Source: Azolla caroliniana (lineage: Eukaryota; Plantae; Polypodiophyta). Taken from it: DNA of 64,000 bases. The notes beneath the pieces were generated by a model that saw only the letters and a program-made list of their open reading frames with translations, was not told the origin of the DNA and did not search any database. The stretch is taken from positions 12,772,001 to 12,836,000 of the forward strand of contig JBHGNT010000003.1 in assembly GCA_043228905.1 (NCBI GenBank), given 5' to 3'. The stretch's first letter is position 1, and each line of letters opens with the position of its first letter. This document shows, in pieces, positions 10,620 to 23,600 of the stretch. Both the position numbers and the translations under genes were made by a program.

Positions 10620-13445
10620 AAATCTTTGGCACTAGTATTTTCTGGTACTTGTAATGCTTCGAGAACTGATCATCTCCTTCATTGATTTTACACCCTTCTA
10701 CATAGTACTAACTGGCACTTCATCATCGGAGGCCAATAGGATAACATCATCTCCTCGGAATTGTGGCACCCCACTTGAGTTTCCTACTTCTTTGTTTACC
10801 AATATGAGATGCACAATCATCCAGAAAGGTGTGGTTGATAGCAATATCATCATGTACCTCGTGGATGCCACTAAATTTCTTGTCCTTCATTTGGTGTTGC
10901 TCCTCTTCGTGGTTGGTAGTGGTAATTTTCTGAGACTCATCCTAGCTGATGTTGTCCACATCTTTCTTCGTACCCATGTACTCCTGTTTGTGGGTGGTAG
11001 TTGTGTTTTTCACACACACATCCAGGATGGTGTTGTCCACATCTTTCGTCATACCCATGCGCACCTCTTCGTGGGTGGTAATTGTGTTTTCCAGTGATTC
11101 ATCCGGGATGGTGTCATCCATATCTTTAGCAGTACCCATGTGTTTTTCTCATGGGTGGTAGCGGTGTTTTTCGCAAATTCATCCAGGATGGTGTTGTCCA
11201 CATCTTTCTTAGTGCAATGTGCTCCTCTTCGTGGTTGGTAGTTGTGTTTTTTGCAGACTCATCCTGGATGGTGTCGTCCACATCTTTTTTAGTACCAATG
11301 TACTCCTCCTCGTGCACAATGCCAGAAATCTCATTCTTTTTATAGTCATTCTCCTCTTCTAAATTTAATGTGGTGTTTTCTTCAAAATCCTCATGTGTGG
11401 TTGCGGTGTTGTTAGAGTAATCTTTTGTGCAAGGCATAAAAACAATCTTAGACTCTTCATCTTTGCCACATATAGTGCCTGAATCATCTTCTTCTATTTG
11501 TTCATCTCCTAGTTCTTGTCCAACAAAATCTAAATGCACCCAACAATACCAGTGTCAATAACAATCTCAATTAACATACAAGGTTAAGGTTCACACTCAT
11601 ACCTACTGTTACATCGGCGTGATCCTCTACTTCTGTAGACTATGCTAGTACTAGCCCACCTAAATATAGAATAGATTCTAGTGCTAAACCTACAGTACAA
11701 TAAATTGTAGAATGAAGTGTGTACTATGTTAGTACTAGCTCACCTAAATATAGGATGGATTCTAGTACTATACCAAGTGTACACCTAAAGGTCTCCTAAA
11801 GTGTGTACTATGCAAGTACTAGCCCGCCTAAATATAGAATGGATACTAGTACTAAACCAACCGTACAACTAGTTGCAAAAAGAAGTGTGTACTATGTTAG
11901 TACTAGCTCACCTAAATATAGGATGGATTCTAGTACTACACCACCTGTACAACTAAAGGTCTCCTTAAGTGTGTACTATGCTTGTCCTAGCTCACCTAAA
12001 TATAGAATGGATACTAGTACTAAACCAACTGTACAACTAATTGCAGAATGAAGTGTGTACTATGTTAGTGCTAGCTCACCTAAATATAGGATGGATTATA
12101 GTACTACACCAACTGTGTACCTAAGGTCTCCTAAATTTTTACTATGCTTCTCCTAGCAAACCTAAATATAGAATGGATTCTAGTACTAAACCAATTGTAG
12201 AACTAATTGCATAATGAAGTGTGTACTATGTTAGTAGTAACTCACTTATATATAGGATGGATTCTAGTACTACACCAACTCTACATGTAAAGGTCTCCTA
12301 AATTTGTACTATGGTTGTCCTAACCCACCTAAATATAGAATGAATTTTAGTACTACACCAACTCTACACGTAATTGTCCCCTTAAGTGTGTACTATGCTA
12401 GTACTAACCCACCTAAATATAGAATGGATACTAGTACTAAACCAACAATACAACTAATTGTAGAATGAAGTGTGTATTATGTTAGTACTAGCTCACCTAA
12501 ATATAGGATGGATACTAGTATTACACCAACTGTACACCTAAAGGTCTCCTAAAATTGTACTATGCTTGTCATAGCCCACCTAAATATATAATGGATTCTA
12601 GTACTAAATCAACTATACAATTAATTCCAAAATGAAGTGTGTACTATGTTAGTACTAGCTCACCTAAATATAGGATGGATACTAGTACTACACCAACTGT
12701 ACACCTAAAGGTCTCCTAAAATTGTACTATGCTTGTCATAGCCCACCTAAATATATAATGGATTCTAGTACTAAATCAACTATACAACTAATTCCAGAAT
12801 GAAGTGTGTACTATGTTAGTACTAGCTCACCTAAATATAGGATGGATTCTAACAACTATAAAATGGAACCAGAAAATACAAAACAACATAATAGCAGTAT
12901 CGCATACCAGAGGAATGAACTTTGAAACCCATAGCTAAGTACTTTTGAGCTCCAAAAGAAATTTTACAGTCCATACATGTATTGACTTTCTCAAAGTGGT
13001 ACTTAGCACATAGCGTGCGATATGTGTGCAAACACGGTGTAATCATAACATCCATAGCCTCGAGGCTGAATCCAAAGCCACAGAATACACCTGCACTTGG
13101 AGACACAAACTACAACATAATAGCTAAAGGAAAAAAATATAAACCATAGAAGGGAAAAGGAGAGATATCCTCATTGGCATCCTTAGACTTCAAGCTAGTG
13201 TTTGTACTGGAGGACTCTCTATAATGTGATGACTGGTGACGAGTAAAGTCTTCCCAGTCAACTTCAATATCACTTGAAGTTCACGTGCAAAAACACATGC
13301 GCTTCACCCTTTCTTTGGTGTGTGTCTATTTACTTTCTTTGTTGGGGGGTCCGCATTCTTTCCCTTGTGGGTGTCATCACTTCATCTTTGACTATTGCCT
13401 TCTTCGTGGGTGTCTTCTTTGTCATTTTTCTAGTTCCTACTCTTC
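10620..13445 (-). pseudogene. Spliced gene remnant: RING-finger domain plus acidic 27-aa repeat region
   Basis: Phase-consistent exons 13090-12908 (xVFCGFGFSLEAMDVMITPCLHTYRTLCAKYHFEKVNTCMDC), 11632-11603 and 11529-~10620, with gtatg..ag introns. The last exon has ~81-bp repeats (HEEE..GTKKDVDDTIQDESAKNTTT). A degraded Lys/Thr-rich exon lies at ~13170-13430. Confidence 0.6.
11639..12850. repeat. 84-bp tandem array C, alternating A/B monomers (168-bp dimer)
   Basis: ctatg register at 11640, 11724, 11808, 11892; A monomers end in aattgcagaatgaagtgtgt and B monomers in aaaggtctcctaaagtgtgt. Confidence 0.93.
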
Positions 13446-13481
13446 TTCTAAAAACGCTTCCACAACATAGTATTAACTCCC

Positions 13482-13727
13482 TTACATAGCTATAAACTAG
13501 TACTTCACACATCAATATACATAGCAAAATACCATTCCTAGATCAGGCAGCAGATTACCACACTATAAATATGTCTAGACAACAATACTAAATCAACAAG
13601 AACATTACATAGCTATAAACTAGTACTTCACACATCAATATACATAGCAGAATACCATTCCTAGATTAGGCAGCAAATTACCACACTATAAATATGTCTA
13701 GACAACAATACTAAATCAACAGGAACA
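13482..13727. repeat. 123-bp direct tandem duplication
   Basis: ttacatagctataaactagtacttcacac... starts at 13482 and again at 13605. Confidence 0.9.
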
Positions 13728-14224
13728 AGAAGAATAACAACAAGAAAACAACTTTTTAACATAGCAGTAGTAAGTCAAGCATCCCCCTATCCAACGTGAA
13801 GAAGAAGAAGCAAAGCAGATTCAAGCATATACATGTACAAGATTCAAGCATATCTCAACCCTCAAATGAACACTACACAGACAATAACACCACCACCACC
13901 AACAAGAACATGACATAATAGTCTTTTCCAAAAATAACAAATCATATACTTGTCATCACAGAATTACTAAATCTCGAATCACAAATGAACATTGTGAAAA
14001 AAAAGAACAACAATTGCAACAACATCAACAAAAACAATAAGAACATGACATAGTAGTCTAGATCAAGAACAAAGCACTTCTTGGACATGTCCTCACAACA
14101 ATACTAAATGAGGCACCCTTTCCCAAGCCTCAACAAGTGCAAGATTCATATCTCATGGATGAACACTAGATAGAACAAGAACAAGAACAAGAACAATAGA
14201 TAGAACAAGAGCAAGAACATCACC

Positions 14225-14690
14225 AAACATACTCAACAAGAACATGTTGAGGAACATTGCATATACATAGGACCATATCATCATAGCACCCCTTTCCATA
14301 TGTAAACATGTACAAGAGTCAACCATATACATGTTACAAGACTCTCAATTAAACACAATTGAAAAACATACTCAACAAGAACATGTTGAGGAAGATAACA
14401 TATAAATAACAACATATCATCATAATGCCCCCTTACAATATGTGAACATGTATAAGACTCAAGTATATTTCTGTAAAAGACTCTCAAATGAACACATTTG
14501 AAAAACAAGACAAATGAAGAGCAGGAACAACAACAAACATGCTCAACAAAAATATATAAATAACATCACATAATCATAGCCCCCCTTACCATAATGAGCA
14601 TGTACAAGACTCAAGCATATTTCTATACAAGACTCTCAAATGAGCACATTTGAAAAACTAGACATAACAAGAATACAAACCAAATCAACA
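14225..14690. repeat. Degenerate ~140-170-bp tandem repeats
   Basis: aaacatactcaacaagaacatg...catagc(a)cccctt...catgtacaagactc...tgaaaaac recurs about three times. Confidence 0.6.
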
Positions 14691-14702
14691 AGAATATACC
14701 TC

Positions 14703-15009
14703 TGTTGAGAATCGAACTCAACTTCCCATAGATAGGTTTCACACTAGCTCATGGACATATTGGGCTAGTTTTGTAAATAGTAGAAAGGTCACTTGCCCTT
14801 GCTTAGTTGGTATATAAACCAACGCATTGTAACTTAGTTTCGGTTGGATGTTTTATGTTGATGTATTTTTTGTTAATATACAGTTTTTCTATCTCTGCCT
14901 TAAGAGCTCTCTCTCTCTGTCTCTCTCTCTCTGTTGTCTCACACACACACAGACACTCTCAATCTTCTTCCACTGCATTGCAATCACTCTTGCCTCCCAT
15001 TCCGTTACA
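14703..15009 (+). repeat. 5' LTR of element 2
   Basis: tgttgaga...ccgttaca; matches 24753-25075. Confidence 0.93.
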
Positions 15010-15343
15010 TGGTATCAGAGCGTGTGTTTGCCTAATTAGGCCTATTCGACTATGTTGTGCTGCACGCCGACGATCAACAGAACCGGCCCATCAACAAATA
15101 AGAAATCACCATAAATACTCAAATGGGAAGTGCTCTTCCTACTGAGAAGCTCGACAGAACGAACATTGCATCTTGGGAATACAAGATGCATCAATACCTT
15201 GTCGGACAAGGTTACTGGAGCTACATCGAAGGAGCTCACGAATCACAACCCAACCCAACATACACCGACTATCTCGCCTGGGAGAAGGCTACAAGCCGTG
15301 TGTTGTATTTATTGCCTTGCATCATGCCTTCATGATCATATGC

Positions 15344-15918
15344 TGTCGGGAACTCAGGGTTCCTTATGCACAAGGCTCGGCCACAACCGAGCTTAGAATG
15401 ATACACAGAAAACGGGAAATAAAACACGACGCAAAGAAGAAGAGAATACACAGGAGGTTTACGTGGAAAACCCCAAACTAGGGGAAAAAACCACGGCAGC
15501 CCACAGGCTGCAAACTGTCACTATGTAGGAATATACAACAGTGAGTTTGCTGAGGCACCAACCTCATGCTCACAAATCTTCGCCACAGGCGGCGGTTACA
15601 ACAGAGGCAACGACCTCTTTCTCTCTCTCTCTCTCTCTCTGTACAGTTACGCACACAAAAATCTCGTGCAAAACAGAAAATGACAATATTTATACTAATA
15701 TGACTTTTCGGCTATTTACAAATATAGCCTCGATGGGCTCTCAGAAACGTATTTACGAATATGTCTCTTCCTCCGGTTCTCACCGGGTCTGCACCATCCG
15801 GCTCTCCGTAGCCGGGTACTCCTCATCCGGTTTCGGCCTCGGCCGATAGGCCTCGGCCGAGTTTGTTCATCGGCACTGTTCTTCTCCCTTCCCATCCGGA
15901 GGGACCTGTCTCCCAACA
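15344..15918 (-). repeat. 3' LTR of element 3
   Basis: Matches 19999-20636 apart from two indels and a few substitutions. Confidence 0.93.
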
Positions 15919-15928
15919 AACTCCCCCT

Positions 15929-18900
15929 TCACTCCGGCATGGGGTGTCTTACCAGTCCGATCCTCTTCTGGCATGCATCCAGCTATTCGGGTGTCAGCAC
16001 TTTGGTCAGCATATCTGACCCGTTCTCGGCCGTGTGGATCTTCATCAGTGCGAACTCCTGGTCATCTACTCTTTCCCGGATCCAGTGATACCTCCGCTGG
16101 ATATGCTTCGTCCTGGAATGGTAGGCCACATTCTTAGCAAGGTGAATGGCACTTTGACTGTCGCAATAGAGTCGGTATTCCTCTTGCCGTATACCGAGCT
16201 CTCTGATGAAGTCCTTCATCCATAAAATTTCCTTGCCGGCTTCCACAACTGCCATGTACTCCGCCTCCGTGGTTGACAATGCAACCGTCTTCTGCAGCCT
16301 CGACTGCCACGAAATAGCTCCCCCTGCATATGTCATCACATACCCGAATGTAGACCGGCTGGTATCCACATCAGCCGACATGTCCGAATCGGTGAAACCA
16401 TCCATTTGAGGTTTTCCGGAGCCGAATCGGAGACACATATTTGAAGTGCCCTTCAAATACCGGAGTATCCATTTGACCGTGTTCCAGTGCTCCTTGCCGG
16501 GATTGCTCATGAACCGGCTCACCACTCCGACTGCGTATCCTATATCCGGTCGAGTACAAACCATTGCGTACATCAAGCTCCCGACGGCAGAGGCATATGG
16601 AATCTTCATCATATCCGTCTTCTCTGCTTTCGTCCTCGGGATTTGCTTACCAGATAGCTTGCAGTTTGCCGGAAGTGTCGATCCGACCGGTTTTGCTTCT
16701 GACATGTTGAACCGGTGAAGCACCTTTGTCACGTACTTCTCCTGTGACAGCCATAATTGCTTCTTTGACCGGTCCCGAATGATATGCATCCCCAACATCT
16801 GTCTTGCCAGACCCAAGTCTTTCATTGGGAAGGTCCGGTTGAGAGCCTTCTTTAGCATCCGTACTTTTACTTGGTCTCGTCCGACGATCAACATGTCATC
16901 CACGTATAGGAGGAGTATCAGGAAGTCCCCTCCTTCAAACTTCTTCACAAACACGCAGTGATCGGCCTGCGTCTTGTCGTACCCTTGATCGGTCATGAAG
17001 GAGTCGAACTTCCGGTACCATTGCCGGGGAGCCTGCTTCAGTCCGTACAGGCTCTTCTTCAACCGGCATACCAGGTGCTCCTTCCCTTTCTCCACAAATC
17101 CTTCCGGTTGCTGCATGTAGATCTCGTCTTCGAGGTCGCCGTGAAGGAATGATGTCTTCATGTCCAGCTGCTCTACCTCGAGGTCCATGCTTGCCGCTAT
17201 ACTCAGCACCGTCCGGATGGAGGTCATCTTTACTACCGGGGCAAATATCTCGTCGAAGTCCACGCCCTTCTTCTGCTGGAACCCCTTCACCACGATCCTG
17301 GCTTTGTATCTCGGGGGGTTGCCGGCATCTCCCGGTTTCAACTTGTACACCCACTTATTTCGGAGTGCCCGCTTTCCTTTCGGCAACTCAACCAATTCGT
17401 ACGTATGGTTCTCATGCAGGGAATCCATCTCGTCCTGCATGGCACTTAACCATTTTCGGTTGTGGGTGTCCTCCGCTTCTTCGAAGCTTTCCGGCTCTCC
17501 CTCATCGGTCAGCAGCACATGCTCTGCATCCAGAAATCTCTGGGGGGCCCTTCTCTCTCTGAGAGGATATCTATGTCTTCGGGCTTCAGTAACCGGCTCC
17601 TCCATTTGCTCTTCATCCGAATCCGATTCGGGATCTTGGCCGGTTCCGGCCTCAGATTCCTCTACTTCTTCTGCCGGTTCGGTATCCTCACCGTAACCGG
17701 CTGGTTCCTCGAGTGCTAATCGGTCTCTTGCCGGTTGGGTCTGCTCATCGTAGAGTCTATCCTTACCGGTCGACTCAGAGTTCATTATCTTCTTCTCCGA
17801 CTCCCAGTCGGCGAGCGTCTTGTCCTCCATGAAGATAATATCTCGACTCCGGAATACCTTCTTGTCGACCGGGTCCCACACTCGGTAGCCGAACTCATCG
17901 TCACCGTAACCGAGGAATATGCATGGCCGGGTCTTTGGATCTAACTTTCCTCTCCAGTCCTTTGCTACATGCACGTACGCGAGACACCCGAACACCTTCA
18001 GATGCCGGTAGGACACTTCCTTACCGGTCCATACTCTGTGTGGAGTGTCTCCGTCCAAGGGTACTGAGGGTGATCTGTTTATCACATACGTCGCCGTCGA
18101 CAGTGCCTCAGCCCAAAACTTCTTGGGTAGTTTTGCATGCGCTAGCATACTCCGGACCCTCTCCATTATGGTCCGGTTCATCCTCTCGGCCAGTCCGTTT
18201 AGTTCCGGAGTCTTCGGCACGGTAAATTCGAGCCGGATTCCCTTCGAGCGGCAGTACTCCTCGAACTGCCCCCGGTACTCTCCTCCGTTATCTGCTCGAA
18301 CCGCCTTCAGCTTCCGGCCGGTTTCTCTTTCCACTCTCGCGTGGAGCTCTTTGAAGACGGATAACACCTGATCCTTCGTCTTCAACAGTGTGGCCCATAG
18401 CTTCCGGCTGTGGTCATCTATGAAAGTCACGAAGTACTGCACTCCGGCATGTGACTTCGTGTCTACCTGACACACATCCGTATGCACCAACTCCAGTGGT
18501 GCATTACGTCTCATCGGTGGCCTTGGTCGGAAGGAGGTCCGGTTTTGCTTACCGGCCAGACAATCAGTGCACTTCTCCAAGTGCACGTTCTTCACTGGAA
18601 TGAGGTTGTCGTCTGCAAGCCTCTTCATCCCCTTCTCGCTCATGTGACACAGCCTCTTGTGCCACAGCTCACCGGCAGTGTCGGATGCCACGTTCACTTC
18701 TCCCGGGCATAACCGGGCATTCATCAGGTACAGTGTGTTGACCTTCCGGGCCCGAGCCACAATCAAGCTCCCTTTTCTGAACTTCATGACACCGTTTCGG
18801 ATGCTACCCGTGTAGCCTTCATCATCTAGCCGACCGACTGATATAAGGTTCAAACGAACCTCCAGAACGTGTCGGACATCCTTCAGCAGCAACTTACATC

Positions 18901-19969
18901 CGGTTGGTTTTGACAGCCACATGTCTCCTATGCTGACAATTCGGCATGTACCTTCATTCCCCATCCGGACACAGCCGTGGTCACCAGCTGAGTAGGATGA
19001 GAAGCATTTCCGGTCCGGGGTAAGGTGGAACGACGCTCCGGAGTCGACCACCCGAGTCATCTCGTCGCCGGCAAGGTTTATCTCACTCTCCTCAGTGATG
19101 AGCATCAACTCTTCTTCACTTGCCGCGATTGCCGTCGTTCCCTTCCGGTCCGGCCCCCTCCGGTCTTTACCATTCCGGTCCGGGGTCCGCTTCGAATCAG
19201 CACCGTCGATTTCCTTGTCTTTACGGAAGTGCTGACAGTTCTTCTGGAAGTGTCCTGACTTGCCGCAATAGAAGCAAGTAGGCCTCCCCCTTGACTTTGA
19301 CCATGTCCCCGACTTCTCCCGGTTCTAGGGACTACGGTTTCTATGTCTTCCGTGTTCCGATTCGGTAATGAGCGCTTTGGAGTCGGAGCTCGTATCCTTA
19401 TCTTTCCGACGCGCCTCCTCATCTAGCAAGCTCGACTTTACTCTTGCTAGGGATAACCGCTTTCCTTCCGGCCCGGCGTTGCCCAAAGTGACAACCAATG
19501 TCTCCCAGCTATCCGGGAGGGAACCGAGCAGGAGTAGCGCTAGTACCTCATCGGTGAGAGGTACTTCCAATGAAGTTGCCCGGTGGATCAGCCCCTGGAA
19601 GGCATTCATGTGCTCCGCCATGCTGGAGCCATCTTGGTACCGGAGTCTTACTAGCTTCCGGAATACCGACACCTGATTGACAACATTTTTGTTCTGAAAC
19701 ATTATGCCGATCTTCTCCCAGAGCTCATGAGCCTTGCTCTCTTCATTGAAGTTGTTGTACAGGCTCATGTCGATGAAGCACCGTATGTACGCCGTTGTCT
19801 TCATGTGCATCACCTCCCATATCGCGACGTCGATTTTGTCCGGTCTCTTGTCCCCGAACTGAACCGGTAGCCAAAGATCTTTAACCACGAGCATGTCTCT
19901 CATCTTCGACTTCCACACTGAATAGTTGGAGCCGGTGAGCTTGAACATGCCGCCAAATGATTCGTCCAT
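15929..19969 (-). pseudogene. gag-pol: Copia gag-pol of element 3, one frame with two premature TAG stops
   Basis: ORFs 19325..19969 and 15983..19108 are in the same frame, linked by CFYCGKSGHFQKNC; stops at 19325-19327 and 15983-15985. Confidence 0.92.
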
Positions 19970-19998
19970 TTTCTGTGTCGTTTCGCTCTGATACCACT

Positions 19999-20636
19999 TG
20001 TCGGGAACTCAGGGTTCCTTATGCACAAGGCTCGGCCACAACCGAGCTTAGAATGATACACAGAAAACGGGAAATAAAACACGACACAAAGAAGAAGAGA
20101 ATACACAGGAGGTTTACGTGGAAAACCCCAAACTAGGGGAAAAAACCACGGCAGCCCACAGGCTGCAAACTGTCACTATGTAGGAATATACAACAGTGAG
20201 TTCGCTGAGGCACCGACCTCGTGCTCACAAATCTTCGCCACAGGCGGCGGTTACAACAGAGGCAACAACCTCTTTCTCTCTCTCTCTCTCTCTCTGTACA
20301 ATTACGCACACAAAAATCTCGTGCAAAACAGAAAATGACAACAACAACTAAAAGTTTGCCCTAGGTCATATTTATACTAATATGACTTTTCGGCTATTTA
20401 CAAGTATAGCCTCGATGGGCTCTCAGAAACATATTTACGAATATGTCTCTTCCTCCGGTTCTCACCGGGTCTGCACCATCCGGCTCTCCATAGCCGGGTA
20501 CTCCTCATCCGGTTTCGGCCTCGGCCGACTCTCCGTAGCCGGGTACTCCTCATCCGGTTTCAGCCTGGCCTCGGCCGAGTTTGTTCATCGGCACTGTTCT
20601 TCTCCCTTCCCATCCGGAGGGACCTGTCTCCCAACA
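19999..20636 (-). repeat. 5' LTR of element 3
   Basis: Adjacent to the PBS; followed by TSD TATGC on the + strand. Confidence 0.93.
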
Positions 20637-23600
20637 TATGCTTGGCTACATTCAAGAGGCAAAAACGCCAAAGCAGGCGTGGGAAAACCTGAAGAAGATT
20701 TTCGCAGCCAATATGGCCACACGAAAGCTCCAACTTCGACAGGAGTTGAACAATCTTCAACAAAGGGACATGTCAATCGGCAACTACACCTTAAAGATGA
20801 AGGAGTTGTGCGATGCCCTTGGATCGATCAATGTTAGCATTGACGACGAAGATATGATGCAGATATGCCTCGGTGGCTTGGCACCGCGATTTGGCGCAAT
20901 AAGATCGGCAGTTCTTGTGAGAAACAATCCTCCCTCCTTTTTTGATCTCCAATTATTGTTCCTATTTGAAGAGAATCACGTGCGTCAAAGGAACAACACG
21001 CATGACGGACAAATGTTATATTCGAACTTCGATGGAGGAGGATAAAGCCGCGGAAGGAGAGGTCGATTCGGCCAAGGCCGACACAACCAAGAGCATAACT
21101 CCCACCAATGGCAAGCGGACAAAAATGGCCCCCGAGAGTTCGGCGGAAGGGGGAGTCATCACGCCGGACCAAGCAACTGTAGGAACCCAGTTGAGTGCGG
21201 GTACTATGGAAAACCTGCCCACTATGAAGAGGAGTGTCGGAAGAAGAAGCATGAGCAAGGTCGACAACTAACAAATTACGCCATGAACTCCGACTACGGC
21301 GACCGTGGCGGAATGTTCATAATGAAGCACAAAGCGCACTCAATGTCCGCACTTGCGTCAACTACCGATTCCACTCCGAACGGTGTATGGTTTGTTGATT
21401 CAGGCGCATCCAATCACATGAAATCTCATGAAGATTGGTTTCGGGAACTACAGAAGCCCAAACGTCCCGGATATGTCAAAACAGGAGATGACACGACTCA
21501 CCCAATACAGCATATAGGGAACGTCCCATTCGGAAACGTCAACAAATAGACCTACCTCAAGAACGTGTTGCATGTCCCCTCTATTACAAAAAACCTGGTC
21601 TCGGTTGGCCAGATTGTCGAACAAGGAATGCAAGTACGCTTCAATAACGATGGGTGCTTCATCGAAAAAGGCGATCAAGTCATAGCTCACGGCCGTCGTG
21701 AAGGCCATATGTTCATCCTCGAATCGAGCGAGGTAAAGTCGGCCATGTTTGCAAAGGGCCAGAAAGTCGAAACCGACTTGAAACTATAGCACAAGAGAAT
21801 TGGCCACATCAATCTCCAAAAGCTCCAGAACATGCAATCGAAAGGAGTTGTAATCGGACTCCCGAACTTTACGGCGAAGGAGATTACAGGCGTATGAGAA
21901 GCATGTTAGTTTGAAAGCAACGCCATCACCCATTCCCTAAAGAGTGGAATGTGAGCAAAGGAATCCCTGATGTCGTACATTCAGATGTGTGGGGACCAGC
22001 CCAGACAGCAAAATGCGGCGGATGTCGATACTATGTCACGTTCATCGACGACTTCTCCAGGAACACCTAGATCTATCTGATGAAGGAGAAGATTGAAGTG
22101 TTCAAGCACTTTCAGACATTCAAAGCCGAAGTCGAAAAATCTACGAGTCGACATGTACGTTGTCTTCGATCAGATGGAGGCAAAGAATATTTTTGAAATG
22201 AATTTTCGGCATATCTCTGAAAAGAAGGAATCCGACGAGAGTTTTCGGCATACCTCAGAAAAACGGCGTAGCAGAGCGTAAAAATTGCCATGTAGTAGAA
22301 GTCGCACGAGCCATGATGAACGAGAAGAACTTGCCAAAATGATATTGGGTAGAAGCGGCAAATACGGTCGTATATCTCATGAATAGGTGCACAACCTTAG
22401 GAGTACACGATATAACTCCGCATGAGAAATTCTTTGGAAAGAAGCCAGACTTGTCACATGTCCGCATTTTCGGTTCTATCGCCTACGTACATATTCCCGA
22501 CGATACGCGGCAAAATCTTGACCCAAAGTCGGAGAAATGTATCCTCGTAGGATACTCACTCGAACAGAAGGGGTACAAATGCTACAACCCATCTACCCGT
22601 AAGGTTCGAATAAGTCGAGACATAATCTTCGATGAATATGCATCCTGGTATGCACTATAGAATACTTCGACTCCAACCCCGCTCGACACAGATTACACTA
22701 AAATAGAAATAGAAGCTCAGGATCGGCTCACAAAGATGTTAGAAGACAACCCAATTACGACACGGCTGAGTGGGCCATCAGAGCCGCCAAGCGATGAAAG
22801 CACATCTCGGCCGAGTCCGAAGCTTGACAAAGGGAAGGCGAAAATGCGGGATTCATATGAAGATCAGGAAGAGACCGAGATGCTTCACTCTCTTGATAGT
22901 GAATTTGAAGATCTCGACATCCGCATAGATGGAGCGAAGAAAGCCATACTCCCCACGGATCGAGAGCTACACCGATCCACACATGAAATGAACCCTGTAA
23001 ACCGCTACGACTACAATGAGTACGTGGCGTATCACTACGCTTTTATGATGAAAGTAGCGTCAGTACGGGAACCAAAAACACTTTCTGACGCCGCAAAGGA
23101 TCCATGATGGGTCGACAGGATGAATGAGGAGATGGAAGCTTTATGCAAAAATGAGACATGGGATCTCGTTCCTCTCCCCCCGAACAAGAAAGCGATTGGC
23201 TGCAGATGGATATACAAAGTAAAATACAATGCAGATGGATCCGTAAATCGCTTCAAAGCATGGCTCGTTGCGAAAGGCTACGCGCAAACGCATGGCATAG
23301 ACTACGAAGAAATCTTTGCCTCAGTGGCAAAGATGACAACTGTACGGACAGTAATTGCACTCGCCGCAACGAAGGGATGGCACCTTCACCAGATGGACGT
23401 GAAAAATGCTTTCCTCCAAGGAGAGTTAGAAGAAGAGGTGTACATGATACAACCACCCGGATTCGAATCGCATAAACATCTGCATGCCGTATGCCGACTC
23501 AAGAAGCCACTCTACGGCCTCAAACAAGCACCGCGTGCTTGGCATTCGAAGATCACAGTATCTTCATCAAGTCGGATTTCGGATGTCAAAATCTAATACT

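Larger units (their letters stand above)
15344..20636 (-). mobile_element. Near-intact Ty1/copia element 3 nested in element 2 gag
   Basis: LTRs 15344-15918 (3') and 19999-20636 (5'), TSD TATGC, PBS (reverse complement gctctgatacca, 19985-19996), PPT aagggggag. Confidence 0.96.

Noticed and set aside
1380-12850. Tandem arrays as CRISPR-like repeat-spacer arrays
   Set aside because: Whole monomers are homologous with no unique spacers, no cas-like ORF is visible, and the context is eukaryotic.
16034-19676. Many 60-180 aa antisense or alternate-frame ORFs over pol genes (also in elements 4, 8 and 9)
   Set aside because: Expected shadows of GC-rich coding sequence; no independent motifs.
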